Positions 1 to 9,746 of a DNA stretch of 64,000 nt are shown one piece after another. Under the pieces are notes generated by a model that was given only the letters and a program-made list of their open reading frames with translations, was not told the DNA's origin and searched no databases. Origin of the DNA: Candidatus Thorarchaeota archaeon (GTDB lineage: Archaea; Asgardarchaeota; Thorarchaeia; Thorarchaeales; Thorarchaeaceae); contig JBHLRZ010000004.1 of the NCBI GenBank assembly GCA_048882045.1, forward strand, positions 46,373-110,372, written 5' to 3'. Position numbers and translations under genes: made by a program. Within the stretch, counting starts at the first letter, position 1. Each line of letters begins with the position of its first letter.

Positions 1-477
1 CCAGGTATAATCGCCATGATTATGTTTCCACTTACTCTATTGAACATCATCTATGCATTCATGACCATATTTTTCGACTACTTTCTTTACATGTGGTTTG
101 TTATTCCAGCTATTATTCTGAACATACTGTTTGGTGTCTGGTTTGTCAGGTATTATCAGGCAAAGAGCTCTAAGGACAGCGCGCTAATGTGGGGGATATC
201 GAGTGTAATGTTGCCTACACTCATTCATCTCTTTGTTTCTACCTATCTTTTCCGTTTAACCCATGTCCTCGTAATTATTTTCCCCTTTCCACTGCAATTC
301 TTAGCTGGTCTTGCCATTCTTCGAAAAATAGAAGGTCCAGAAGTAATCTCCCCCTGGTCTGGGATGCGACTCGATCTGTCTTGGTGGAAGTGGGGACATC
401 CCACAAAGAAGAGTGACTGGGATCCACTCAGTGCAACGAAGAAATCTCAAGGAAGCGAGGATTGGCTTGAGGAGTAA
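1..477 (+). CDS. Multi-pass membrane protein, probably 5'-partial
   Basis: Frame open from position 1; several hydrophobic helices then a charged tail. Confidence 0.7.
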   Translation, partial: PGIIAMIMFPLTLLNIIYAFMTIFFDYFLYMWFVIPAIILNILFGVWFVRYYQAKSSKDSALMWGISSVMLPTLIHLFVSTYLFRLTHVLVIIFPFPLQFLAGLAILRKIEGPEVISPWSGMRLDLSWWKWGHPTKKSDWDPLSATKKSQGSEDWLEE

Positions 478-578
478 TCTGCATTTCCCTGGATTGGAAC
501 TAGAACGATCCGTATCCAGTAAGCCTCAAATACCATAGATAAACCAGTCTGTCAATCCATCCAATGGTGGTGTAATAC

Positions 579-1847
579 ATGTGGTATGTATGCACTTTTT
601 GCAAGGTCTATGTCTATGACACCAAAGCAGGTGATGAGAAGACCAGCCTCGCTCCCAACACTAATTTGAATGATATTCCAGATGATTGGCGGTGCCCAAT
701 CTGTGGTAAACCAAAGAGCCATCTGCAGGAAATCACTGAGGAAGAATTCAATCAGAAGAGCGGTAAGTCTCAGGAGCTAGTCGCTAAGCGAAAAGGTGAA
801 CCTGAGAAGAAGACACTCGATTACTATCGAAGTATTGCTCGAGAGATGCTGGTTGGACTCTGTTCTGAGAACAAGGTATGTGATGGTCATCCGGATCGAA
901 CCTGTATGGGTCAGAATTATGGTGCTCCTATCGGATTTGGAGGTGCTGGTCAGGGTACGACTTTTCACGCCAATTTTCTGGCCCTAAAAGCATACAAGTT
1001 CAAGATGACTGTCGTGAAGGATCACTTTGAGCCTGACACAAGGTCGACTCTTTTTGGTCATGACATAGTAGCACCTGTGATGAACTCGAGCATCTCTGGT
1101 GTGAAGGCAAGCATGAACGACGTGATCCCCGAAGAGGACTTCTATAGGGGCTTGCTGAGGGGCTCACAGAGGTTTGGAGCGATAGGTCTCGTAGGTAACA
1201 CAGCTGCTGTTCCAGACACTCTTGGAATTGAGATGGTCAGAGAAAACGGTGGACATGGAATAGCTGTGTTCAAACCTCAGTCTCAAGAACGATTGTTCGA
1301 GCTGTTCGAGATTGCAGAGGAGAGTAATGCAATAGCAATTGGTGTTGATCTTGATGGGTGCGGATCCACCATCTGGGCGGCAAAAGGAAAACCAGTCTTC
1401 CGAAAGAACGAAACAGAGCTGAAGGAACTTGTTGATTGCACAGGCAAACCAGTCTTCTTCAAGGGGATCATGAGTGTTGAGGATGCTCTCAAAGTCCGTG
1501 ATGCAGGAGCCGCTGCAGTCTATGTTTCCAACCATGGTGGACGTGTACTCGACTCTGGGCAAGGTGTCGGCGAAGTCCTACCTGATATCGCTAGTGCATG
1601 TGGGGACAAGATGGCAATTATGGCCGACGGAGCTGTTCGTACTGGCTTTGATGTACTCAAGGTAATAGCATTGGGTGCGGATGCAGCCTTCATTGGTAGA
1701 CCTCTCGCAAGGATGTCATTAGCTGGTGGAGCAGAAGCTGTAGAGATGTATCTAAACTATGTGAAGAGTGACCTTCGTAGAGCAATGATCATGACCGGGT
1801 GCAATACAATCAAAGATGCCACAATGGACATCTTGGTGAACGCATAA
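579..1847 (+). CDS. Rubredoxin domain fused to FMN-dependent alpha-hydroxyacid oxidoreductase (lactate/glycolate oxidase family)
   Basis: N-terminal CTFC...IPDDWRCPICG rubredoxin motifs; KGIMS, VSNHGGRVLD, DGAVRTGFDVLK, IGRP FMN-barrel motifs. Confidence 0.88.
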   Translation: MWYVCTFCKVYVYDTKAGDEKTSLAPNTNLNDIPDDWRCPICGKPKSHLQEITEEEFNQKSGKSQELVAKRKGEPEKKTLDYYRSIAREMLVGLCSENKVCDGHPDRTCMGQNYGAPIGFGGAGQGTTFHANFLALKAYKFKMTVVKDHFEPDTRSTLFGHDIVAPVMNSSISGVKASMNDVIPEEDFYRGLLRGSQRFGAIGLVGNTAAVPDTLGIEMVRENGGHGIAVFKPQSQERLFELFEIAEESNAIAIGVDLDGCGSTIWAAKGKPVFRKNETELKELVDCTGKPVFFKGIMSVEDALKVRDAGAAAVYVSNHGGRVLDSGQGVGEVLPDIASACGDKMAIMADGAVRTGFDVLKVIALGADAAFIGRPLARMSLAGGAEAVEMYLNYVKSDLRRAMIMTGCNTIKDATMDILVNA

Positions 1848-1943
1848 AACAACATCAACGCATCTTGCCATGAAGCAAAGATGATAAGTAGAAGCCATCA
1901 GGTTTGAGTATTCAGAATCTAGGACAAATGAGAGGAATTTTAG

Positions 1944-3662
1944 TTGGACATCACATTCAATATTGGTGGAGAGGCTGGCCAAGGTATCGACACGATTGGA
2001 GACCTCCTTACTCAGGTCTTCGTTGAAGCTGGTTTCTACACATTTACAATCAAAGACTTCGAATCTCGAATAAGAGGAGGATACAACTTCACTCAGGTAC
2101 GTGTGAGTGATCGACCTGTTCATGCTCCTGTGGATTACATAGACGTCATCGTTGCACTCTCGCGTGACGCAGTTACTGGACAACGTGACAAGCTTGTAGA
2201 GGAGGGTGTAATCATCTTCGATGACACCATTGAGTTCGATGACCTTGAAGCATGTCACTTCTCAGCACCACTCGAAAAGACTGCTAAGGATGTCGGAGGC
2301 AACATCCGAATGATGAATGCTGCGGCGCTGGGAGCAATTCTGGCTGTCATCAAGTTTCCATTCAAGTTGGCTGAGGAGGTTCTCTCTGCTATTTTTGGAA
2401 GAAAGGGAGAGAAGATAGTGAAAGGGAATGTCGCAGTAGCAAAAGCACTCTATGACCTTACTATGGAAACATTCACTGGAAAATGCCGTTACAATTTGGA
2501 TACTCTTGAAAGAGGACCTAGTAAGGACAGACTACTACTGACAGGTAATCGTGCACTCGCTCTTGGTGCAATGGCTGCTAATCTGAAATGGATCTCTTCG
2601 TATCCAATGAGTCCCTCTACTTCCCTGTTCATGGACGTTGTTTCCTACTCACGTGACCTGAAAATTGGAGCATTACAGACAGAGGATGAGATTGCTTCTC
2701 TCTGCATGGCCATCGGAGCTTCATATGCTGGAGCTCGTTCTATGGTGACCACATCTGGAGGCGGTTTCTCACTGATGGTCGAAGGTGTTGGATTTGCCGC
2801 TATGGCTGAGATACCAATAGTCATCTACAATGCACAGAGACCCGGACCAAGCACTGGTCTACCTACACGCACAGAGCAGGCTGATCTCTTCTTCATGGCA
2901 TTTGCAAGTCAAGGAGAATTCCCGAGAATACTACTAGCACCAAAAGACCCCATCGAAGCATTCGACGTCGCAACACGTGCGTTCAATCTTGCAGAAAAGT
3001 TCCAGATTCCTGTAATGATTCTGGGAGACCAGTACTTTGCAGACTCTAGTATGAATATTCCTCGAATTGATGTGTCGGATGTCAAGGTAGACCGAGGAAA
3101 ACTAGCAAAGAAAGGTCCTGATTCTGAATACAAACGTTATCTCCTAACTCCTGATGGAATTTCTCCCCGAGCATTCCCTGGTGACGAGGGTAAGATTGTT
3201 GTTTCAGCGAGCAATGTCCATCGTGAGGACGGTCATATTACTGAGGATGCTGATGTAAGGAACAAGATGGTCACCAAGTTTATGAACAAGATTCCTGCAA
3301 TCATGGAATCATTGAATCCACCTGAGCTTTATGGCGATGAAGCTGCTGACTATACGATTCTGACTTGGGGTTCAACATGGGGGGCTGCAAATGAAGCCAT
3401 GTACATGTTGAAGGACGCAGGTGTGTCGATTAATCATCTTCATTTCTGTGACATCTACCCACTACGAACTGACAAACTCAGTAAAGTCCTTAGTAGTTCA
3501 AAACAGATCATCTCAGTGGAGCAGAATGTAACTTCTCAGTTTGCCCAGCTTGTCAAGATGGCTACGGGAATTACTGTTGATCACCACGTCAACAAGTATG
3601 ACGGGAGACCTATGACAGCAAGATGGATTGTTAATGAGATACAGGAGGCTGGTATCAAATGA
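1944..3662 (+). CDS. korA: 2-oxoacid:ferredoxin oxidoreductase alpha subunit (gamma-alpha fusion)
   Basis: GGEAGQGI, SRIRGG, YPMSPS, EDEIAS, QRPGPSTGLPT motifs; TTG start after GAGGA. Confidence 0.93.
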   Translation: MDITFNIGGEAGQGIDTIGDLLTQVFVEAGFYTFTIKDFESRIRGGYNFTQVRVSDRPVHAPVDYIDVIVALSRDAVTGQRDKLVEEGVIIFDDTIEFDDLEACHFSAPLEKTAKDVGGNIRMMNAAALGAILAVIKFPFKLAEEVLSAIFGRKGEKIVKGNVAVAKALYDLTMETFTGKCRYNLDTLERGPSKDRLLLTGNRALALGAMAANLKWISSYPMSPSTSLFMDVVSYSRDLKIGALQTEDEIASLCMAIGASYAGARSMVTTSGGGFSLMVEGVGFAAMAEIPIVIYNAQRPGPSTGLPTRTEQADLFFMAFASQGEFPRILLAPKDPIEAFDVATRAFNLAEKFQIPVMILGDQYFADSSMNIPRIDVSDVKVDRGKLAKKGPDSEYKRYLLTPDGISPRAFPGDEGKIVVSASNVHREDGHITEDADVRNKMVTKFMNKIPAIMESLNPPELYGDEAADYTILTWGSTWGAANEAMYMLKDAGVSINHLHFCDIYPLRTDKLSKVLSSSKQIISVEQNVTSQFAQLVKMATGITVDHHVNKYDGRPMTARWIVNEIQEAGIK

Positions 3663-4528
3663 CAACTCCAGAGCAACTCGTAGAACCACAGAAGGTTACC
3701 TGGTGTACAGGTTGTGGAAATTTTGGTATCTTGGCTGCTCTGAAGAAGGCTGTCGTGGATTTGGACTTCCCAGTCCACAATCTTGTGATATCCTCTGGCA
3801 TCGGTTGTTCGGGGAAAATTCCTCACTATATAGGAGGTCTAAACAGCATCCACGCAATACATGGACGACCAATTCCAGTTGCCACAGGTATCCACATGGC
3901 GAACAAGGACCTGAAGGTCGTTGTCCATGCAGGTGATGGTGACACTCTTGGTGAAGGTCTTGGCCACTTTGTTCATGCCGCAAGAAGGAACGTCAATCTA
4001 GCTGTGTTCATCCATAACAATGGGGTCATGGGGTTGACCAAGGGTCAATTCTCACCTGCTGCACCACGAGGCTATGTTTCCAATACATCGCCTCCGCCTC
4101 CAGGATCCCCAATGGAACCCGCGAATCCGGTTGCGCAAGCTATTGAAGGAGGTGCTACATTTGTTGCTCGTGGATTCTCTGGTGATCAAAAAGCTCTGGT
4201 GAAGCTAATGGTACAAGCTGTCAAACATAGAGGCTTTGCAGTTGTTGACATCCTCCAGCCATGCCAGACATGGAATCGTCAATTGACCTGGAAGTTCTAC
4301 AACGAAAACACCTACTCATTGCAGGACAACGGTCATGATGTATCAGACCGAATGGCAGCTCTTGAAAAAGCACTGATGATTAAAGACAAGATTCCAATCG
4401 GTGTCTTCTATCAGATTGAATCTACAGACCTCGCTGCAGGGATAGCTTTGCCAGAAGACGTACCTCTAAAGGACCACACTACGAATCTTAAGGATATCCA
4501 AAAGATAATTGACGACCTATTGATTTAG
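3659..4528 (+). CDS. korB: 2-oxoacid:ferredoxin oxidoreductase beta subunit
   Basis: WCTGCGNFG, SGIGCS, HGR, GDGD TPP motif, GLTKGQ; ATGA overlap with korA. Confidence 0.93.
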   Translation: MTTPEQLVEPQKVTWCTGCGNFGILAALKKAVVDLDFPVHNLVISSGIGCSGKIPHYIGGLNSIHAIHGRPIPVATGIHMANKDLKVVVHAGDGDTLGEGLGHFVHAARRNVNLAVFIHNNGVMGLTKGQFSPAAPRGYVSNTSPPPPGSPMEPANPVAQAIEGGATFVARGFSGDQKALVKLMVQAVKHRGFAVVDILQPCQTWNRQLTWKFYNENTYSLQDNGHDVSDRMAALEKALMIKDKIPIGVFYQIESTDLAAGIALPEDVPLKDHTTNLKDIQKIIDDLLI

Positions 4529-4561
4529 TTAAAGAGTCGAAACTCTTGGAGGAACGTTGCA

Positions 4562-5953
4562 TTGGAAAAAACTAGACGAGAGAAGGATGCCATTGGTGAA
4601 CTAGATGTACCTGCAGATGCTTACTGGGGTATAAATACTCAAAGAGCAATAATGAACTTTCAGATCAGCGGAAGGACATTCTCTCCAGAGTTCATCCATG
4701 CACTTGCTATGGTGAAGAAAGCTTGCTTGATTGCTAACAAGGCTGAGAAGCTCATTTCGCAAGAAATCTTCGATGCCCTAGAAACAGCATTCGATGAGGT
4801 ACTCGAAGACCAGTTTTCGGACCAGTTCCCAATCGATGTCTTTCAGACTGGTTCAGGCACTCAGACAAACATGAACATGAACGAAGTCTTGGCCAACCGA
4901 GCGAACGAGATTCTGGGTCATCACAAGGGAACTAATTTTCCAGTGCATCCAAACAACACTGTCAACATGTCACAATCCAGCAACGACGTGATCCCCTCAG
5001 CAATGCATATCGCGACCCTCCAAATGTTCAAGTCTCATCTTCTTCCAGCAGTACTTGAGCTGCGGAAAACTCTTCATGAAAAGATAGAAGAGTTTGAGGG
5101 AATTGTCAAGGTTGGACGGACTCATCTGCAGGATGCAGTTCCAATTCCACTTTCCACTGAGTTTTCTGTCTATCTGACTCAAATCGAAACCTCAATCTTA
5201 AAGGACCTCACAACAGCTATGGAAATATTAGATATGCTCCCAATTGGAGGAACTGCACTCGGGACAGGTCTGAATGCTCCCAAAGACTTTGCCAAGCGTG
5301 TTGTTAAAGAACTAGGCAAAATGATTGGGTTCAGGTCTCTAAAAGTCAACCCGGTCAAAGCTGAGGGAATATCATCTCACCACGCGCTTGTCCGAGCAAG
5401 TGCAGCTCTTCGAGGTATAGCTCTGACCTGCATGAAGATGGCCAACGACATCCGATGGATGGGGAGTGGACCGCGAGCAGGTCTTGGTGAACTTATACTA
5501 CCTGCGAATGAACCAGGCTCTTCTATTATGCCAGGGAAGGTAAATCCAACTCAGTCCGAGGCTCTGATACAGGTATGCTTGCAAGTGATTGGAAATGATG
5601 CGACCATAACAGGTGCAGAAGGCTATGGTAGTATTCTGGACCTTAATGTGGCAAAACCTGTCATGATTGTCAATCTCCTCGATTCTATCCGTCTTTTGTC
5701 GAATGGTATCGATTCGTTCAGAAAGAATTGCCTGGAAGGTCTCAGGGCCAATGAGGAACAGATCCGAAAGCAGCTTGACCGCAGTCTAATGGTTGTTACA
5801 AGACTTTCTCCAATAATTGGGTATGATAAAGCTTCAGAGATTGCAAAGAATGCTTATGAAACAGGGAAGACAATCCGAGATGTAGTGATCGAATCTGGAA
5901 TTGAATTTGATGGGGACCTTGACGAAATCCTTGATCCATCAAAGATGGTCTGA
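4562..5953 (+). CDS. fumC: Class II fumarate hydratase
   Basis: FQTGSGTQTNMN, GRTHLQDA, GSSIMPGKVNPTQ signature. Confidence 0.93.
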   Translation: MEKTRREKDAIGELDVPADAYWGINTQRAIMNFQISGRTFSPEFIHALAMVKKACLIANKAEKLISQEIFDALETAFDEVLEDQFSDQFPIDVFQTGSGTQTNMNMNEVLANRANEILGHHKGTNFPVHPNNTVNMSQSSNDVIPSAMHIATLQMFKSHLLPAVLELRKTLHEKIEEFEGIVKVGRTHLQDAVPIPLSTEFSVYLTQIETSILKDLTTAMEILDMLPIGGTALGTGLNAPKDFAKRVVKELGKMIGFRSLKVNPVKAEGISSHHALVRASAALRGIALTCMKMANDIRWMGSGPRAGLGELILPANEPGSSIMPGKVNPTQSEALIQVCLQVIGNDATITGAEGYGSILDLNVAKPVMIVNLLDSIRLLSNGIDSFRKNCLEGLRANEEQIRKQLDRSLMVVTRLSPIIGYDKASEIAKNAYETGKTIRDVVIESGIEFDGDLDEILDPSKMV

Positions 5954-6011
5954 TTATGCCACACAGATTTAAACGGAAGTAGGCATCAGGTACACTACGA
6001 GGTGAGTTACG

Positions 6012-7694
6012 ATTACTACTTTCGACCATGATGTTCTTGTTGTCGGAGCAGGATTGTCAGGACTGAGAGTCGCCATCGAATTGGCGGATAAATTCGATGT
6101 TGCAGTTCTGTCAAAGGTCCATCCCCTGAGGTCTCACTCAGTCGCTGCACAAGGTGGAATAAATGCATCCTTAGGCGAAGAGGACTCATGGGAATCTCAT
6201 GCGTTTGACACTGTGAAAGGATCTGATTATCTCGGAGATCAGGATGTAATTGAGATACTCGCAAAAGAGGCTCCACGTGCAGTCATTGAGAACGAGAGAT
6301 GGGGCACAGCGTTCTCAAGAACAGAAGATGGGAAAATTGCTCAGAGACCGTTCGGTGGTGCAGCCTATCCTCGGACATGTTATGCAGCTGATCGGACTGG
6401 GCACAATCTGCTCCATACTACCTTCGAGCAAGTTCTCAAACGCGGAATCAAGTTCTACAACGAATGGTTTGCCACCTCTATTGCAAAGTCGGATGATTGC
6501 ATCTGTGGTCTCACCGCACTGGAGATTGCAACTGGAGAGGTTCATGGTTTCACAGCGAAGGCGGTGGTCATTGCCACTGGTGGTTTTGGCCGAGTCTATG
6601 CTCATTCAACAAACGCTCTAATCAACACCGGGGACGGATGCGCTCTGGCACTCAGGGTCGGTGCTCCTTTGAAAGATATGGAGTTCGTCCAGTTTCATCC
6701 GACCTGCCTGCACGGTTCCAGCATCTTGATGAGCGAAGGCGCAAGAGGTGAAGGTGGTTACCTCATTAATGCAGAGGGGCATCGTTTCATGGACAAGTAT
6801 GCTCCAGAGAAGATGGAACTGGCTCCAAGAGATATCGTGGCTCGAGCAATCAGAACTGAGATCTTGGAAGGTCGTGGATTTGAGGACGAGTATGTCCACC
6901 TTGACCTGACTCACCTCGGGAAAGAGAAAATAATGGAGCGTCTTCCGGGAATTCGAGAGATTTCTATCTACTTCGCTGGTGTTGACCCCATCAATGAACC
7001 TATTCCTGTTAAACCAGCACAACATTACTCAATGGGCGGTATTCATACTGACAAACATGGAAGGACTTCTATCTCTGGACTGTATGCTGTTGGTGAAGCA
7101 GCTTGTATGAGCGTTCACGGAGCCAACAGATTGGGCGGCAACTCACTTCTTGAAACACTGGTGTTTGGAAGGGTCATCGGTGAAAATGTTGGAGAATTCG
7201 TAAAATCAGCAAAGGCTCCTGACAAGTCATGTGTTGAACAAGAAGCATTTGATATGCGAGAAAGACTCCAAGCTTTGTTGCTACACGAAGGTGGAGATTC
7301 GCCGGCAGACATTCGTGAAACTATGGGTCAGACTATGGATGTTCTCGTGGGCGTCTACCGAAAATCCAAAGGTCTTGAAGCAGCTCTCAAGATGATACGA
7401 GAGTTGAAGGGACGCTTCGAGAATGTCAGCGTTGGTCGAAGTGATGATAAGTTCAACTTCGCGCTCATCCGGACCTTGGAACTTGAGAACATGTTAGATC
7501 TGGCTGAGACCATCACTATGGGTGCCCTCATGAGGAGAGAAAGTAGAGGCGCCCACTGGAGACTGGACTATCCAGAACGTGATGATGAGAATTTCTTGAA
7601 ACATTCGTTGTTTACCAAAGTGGAGGACCACATCAAGACCGAGCTGATAGATGTGAACCTCGGAATGTTTGAAGTGAAGGAGAGGACCTACTGA
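6012..7694 (+). CDS. sdhA: Succinate dehydrogenase/fumarate reductase flavoprotein; start placed upstream of the 6054 call, at apparent ATT 6012
   Basis: In-frame HDVLVVGAGLSG FAD motif begins before 6054; SHSVAAQGG, QFHPT, HYSMGG, HGANRLGGNSL, ESRGAH motifs. Confidence 0.93.
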   Translation: MTTFDHDVLVVGAGLSGLRVAIELADKFDVAVLSKVHPLRSHSVAAQGGINASLGEEDSWESHAFDTVKGSDYLGDQDVIEILAKEAPRAVIENERWGTAFSRTEDGKIAQRPFGGAAYPRTCYAADRTGHNLLHTTFEQVLKRGIKFYNEWFATSIAKSDDCICGLTALEIATGEVHGFTAKAVVIATGGFGRVYAHSTNALINTGDGCALALRVGAPLKDMEFVQFHPTCLHGSSILMSEGARGEGGYLINAEGHRFMDKYAPEKMELAPRDIVARAIRTEILEGRGFEDEYVHLDLTHLGKEKIMERLPGIREISIYFAGVDPINEPIPVKPAQHYSMGGIHTDKHGRTSISGLYAVGEAACMSVHGANRLGGNSLLETLVFGRVIGENVGEFVKSAKAPDKSCVEQEAFDMRERLQALLLHEGGDSPADIRETMGQTMDVLVGVYRKSKGLEAALKMIRELKGRFENVSVGRSDDKFNFALIRTLELENMLDLAETITMGALMRRESRGAHWRLDYPERDDENFLKHSLFTKVEDHIKTELIDVNLGMFEVKERTY

Positions 7695-8425
7695 TGATGT
7701 TCAGAATTGCTCGAAGCAGAAATGGTGGTTCCATCACTCATTATGACCTCTACAAGGTTGATGTCAAAAAGGGCATGACAGTCCTCGATGCACTCTTTCA
7801 GATTCAAGATAGAATGGATGCATCCCTTTCATTCCGCTATTCCTGTAGAGGTGCTGTCTGTGGAAGTTGTTCCATGCTCATCAACAAAGAACCAAGGTTG
7901 GCATGTCGGACTCAGGTGTCTGAGGTGAAGAGTAACGACATGAAGCTCAAACCATTCCCAGCTCTCTTGGAATCACCGACAGGGTGGAACTCAAATGATG
8001 AAGCACTGATTGAACCACTGCCCAACATGCCGATATTGAAGGACCTTGTTGTTGACATGACTAAGTTCTATGATGTACTAGAATCTATGAAGTTATGGAG
8101 TGACACTGAGGATGGCGATAATCCTCGTTCACAGAGTCCAGAAGACAGAAAGAAGATTGAGAAGTTGGTCAATTGTATTCTCTGCGCTCTATGCTATGGT
8201 TCTTGCCCAGTCAATGCTGAGAATGAGGAGTATGTTGGTCCTGCAGCATTGGCAAAGGCTTGGAGGTTCCATGAAGACTCGCGGAGTCCTGAACCTGAGA
8301 GGTTCTTGGAGGTGGCGAAACAGTCTGAAGGTGCGCCTCTCTGCAATCTCATAATGAACTGTGTGAAAGCATGTCCTAAGGGTGTCGCTCCTGGAGGGGC
8401 AATCAGGAAGATCAAGAATGGATAA
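7694..8425 (+). CDS. sdhB: Succinate dehydrogenase/fumarate reductase Fe-S subunit
   Basis: SCRGAVCGSC, CILCALCYGSCP, CNLIMNCVKACP clusters; KDLVVD; TGATG coupling. Confidence 0.92.
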   Translation: MMFRIARSRNGGSITHYDLYKVDVKKGMTVLDALFQIQDRMDASLSFRYSCRGAVCGSCSMLINKEPRLACRTQVSEVKSNDMKLKPFPALLESPTGWNSNDEALIEPLPNMPILKDLVVDMTKFYDVLESMKLWSDTEDGDNPRSQSPEDRKKIEKLVNCILCALCYGSCPVNAENEEYVGPAALAKAWRFHEDSRSPEPERFLEVAKQSEGAPLCNLIMNCVKACPKGVAPGGAIRKIKNG

Positions 8426-8654
8426 TCATTCTGGACTAATCATCAAAAACGAATCTACTTGGTCGTGCAATGAAATCGTGGCTAGCATAATGAAGGAGAG
8501 AGGGTCGATTACAAAGGATATTCCATTCTTATATGAGAAAGTTCGAGGTGACCTAGGACACTCACTGACAGCCTTTTTTTTCCCAAGGACTAGTTCTATA
8601 CTTTGAGCAAACAAGTTATATCTCTTCGAGCTTCCAACGAAGACAGGTGGCGGG

Positions 8655-9746
8655 ATGAGCACTTACTCTAGCAGAACGTGGAGATGGTTTGGGACACGTG
8701 TCCCTCTATTATCAAGAGGAGTCCTTTCCTTATTGATACTCTTTGTAGCACTACCCCTCTCAGGTGTTGTCTATTACATGATGGGAGTAGCTCTTTACTC
8801 TTCAAGTTGGTATGTTGCCCTCCTCCTTATTCTCCCAGTGGGTGTTGTAAGTTACCTTTTATTCATCCAGTTTCTATACATGCGATACAAGAATCCTCCA
8901 GCTAACCCAGATTTTCTGCGTATGATTGGAGATGTCCTCCAGAAGATACTGGTTCCAACACGTGTTCAGGTCTGGGTCCGTGAGAGTCCTCATCCCTATA
9001 TTGTAGTGACGTACAATCCAATGTTTGATGCAGTCATTGTTTCAGAACCGATGATCCAGCTCATGTTGGAGCGACCTCAGGCTGGTGAAGTCCTTCTCGC
9101 TTTTCATCTAGCCCGGATTCCAAGGAGTCGGTGGCTCGGTGATTTTGGAGGTTCGCTCATTCTTCTGGCTATCTTTACATATCCTTTAGCATTAATACTA
9201 GGTCCACTTTATATTTCAATAATGAGTATGATTTCCTATATGGGCATTTTAGCCCTCATCTCTCTCCTCCCTCTTCTCATTTATATTATAATCCCGGTTC
9301 TACCTGCTCTAATTATTAAAGGTGCCTTCTGGAGGCATGAACCTGCTTTCGTCAGGATTGAAGAAGTGTATGGAATGCATCCTCAGGTAGCAAAGGTCGA
9401 GGTCGAAAGAGGAACTCCATTGAGTGAGGAAGAAACACGGGCAGTACTGTGGGGTGTCAGAGAATGGGAGATAAAGAAACGAAGTGGTCGCAGATGGGGG
9501 ATAAGTGTCATCATTGCATTCGTTTCACTCATTCTCCTTTTCCAATTGATATGGACTTTGATATGGTCTTGGTATCCATACGGTATTCCATCATATTACG
9601 TGGCCAATATCTTCTACCTCCCGGTCGTTGTAGCAGCAGCCTTAAGCGGCATCGCATATCTATTTCTTAGAAGATGGGACAAGAAAGCAATGGGAGAAGT
9701 GTTCGAAGAAGTCACAGATTCACATGAGCCTATCTGGATGGACTAA
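8655..9746 (+). CDS. Membrane protein with degenerate M48/HtpX-like peptidase segment
   Basis: About 6 TM helices; AVIVSEPMIQLM...EVLLAFHLARI resembles the M48 core but lacks HExxH. Confidence 0.6.
   Translation: MSTYSSRTWRWFGTRVPLLSRGVLSLLILFVALPLSGVVYYMMGVALYSSSWYVALLLILPVGVVSYLLFIQFLYMRYKNPPANPDFLRMIGDVLQKILVPTRVQVWVRESPHPYIVVTYNPMFDAVIVSEPMIQLMLERPQAGEVLLAFHLARIPRSRWLGDFGGSLILLAIFTYPLALILGPLYISIMSMISYMGILALISLLPLLIYIIIPVLPALIIKGAFWRHEPAFVRIEEVYGMHPQVAKVEVERGTPLSEEETRAVLWGVREWEIKKRSGRRWGISVIIAFVSLILLFQLIWTLIWSWYPYGIPSYYVANIFYLPVVVAAALSGIAYLFLRRWDKKAMGEVFEEVTDSHEPIWMD

Noticed and set aside
8691-8704. Palindrome GGGACACGTGTCCC (and AACACGTGTT near 8957) sharing the ACACGTGT core with the operator
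   Set aside because: Both lie inside a CDS and lack the full AGAAC/GTTC arms with AT flanks; probably chance
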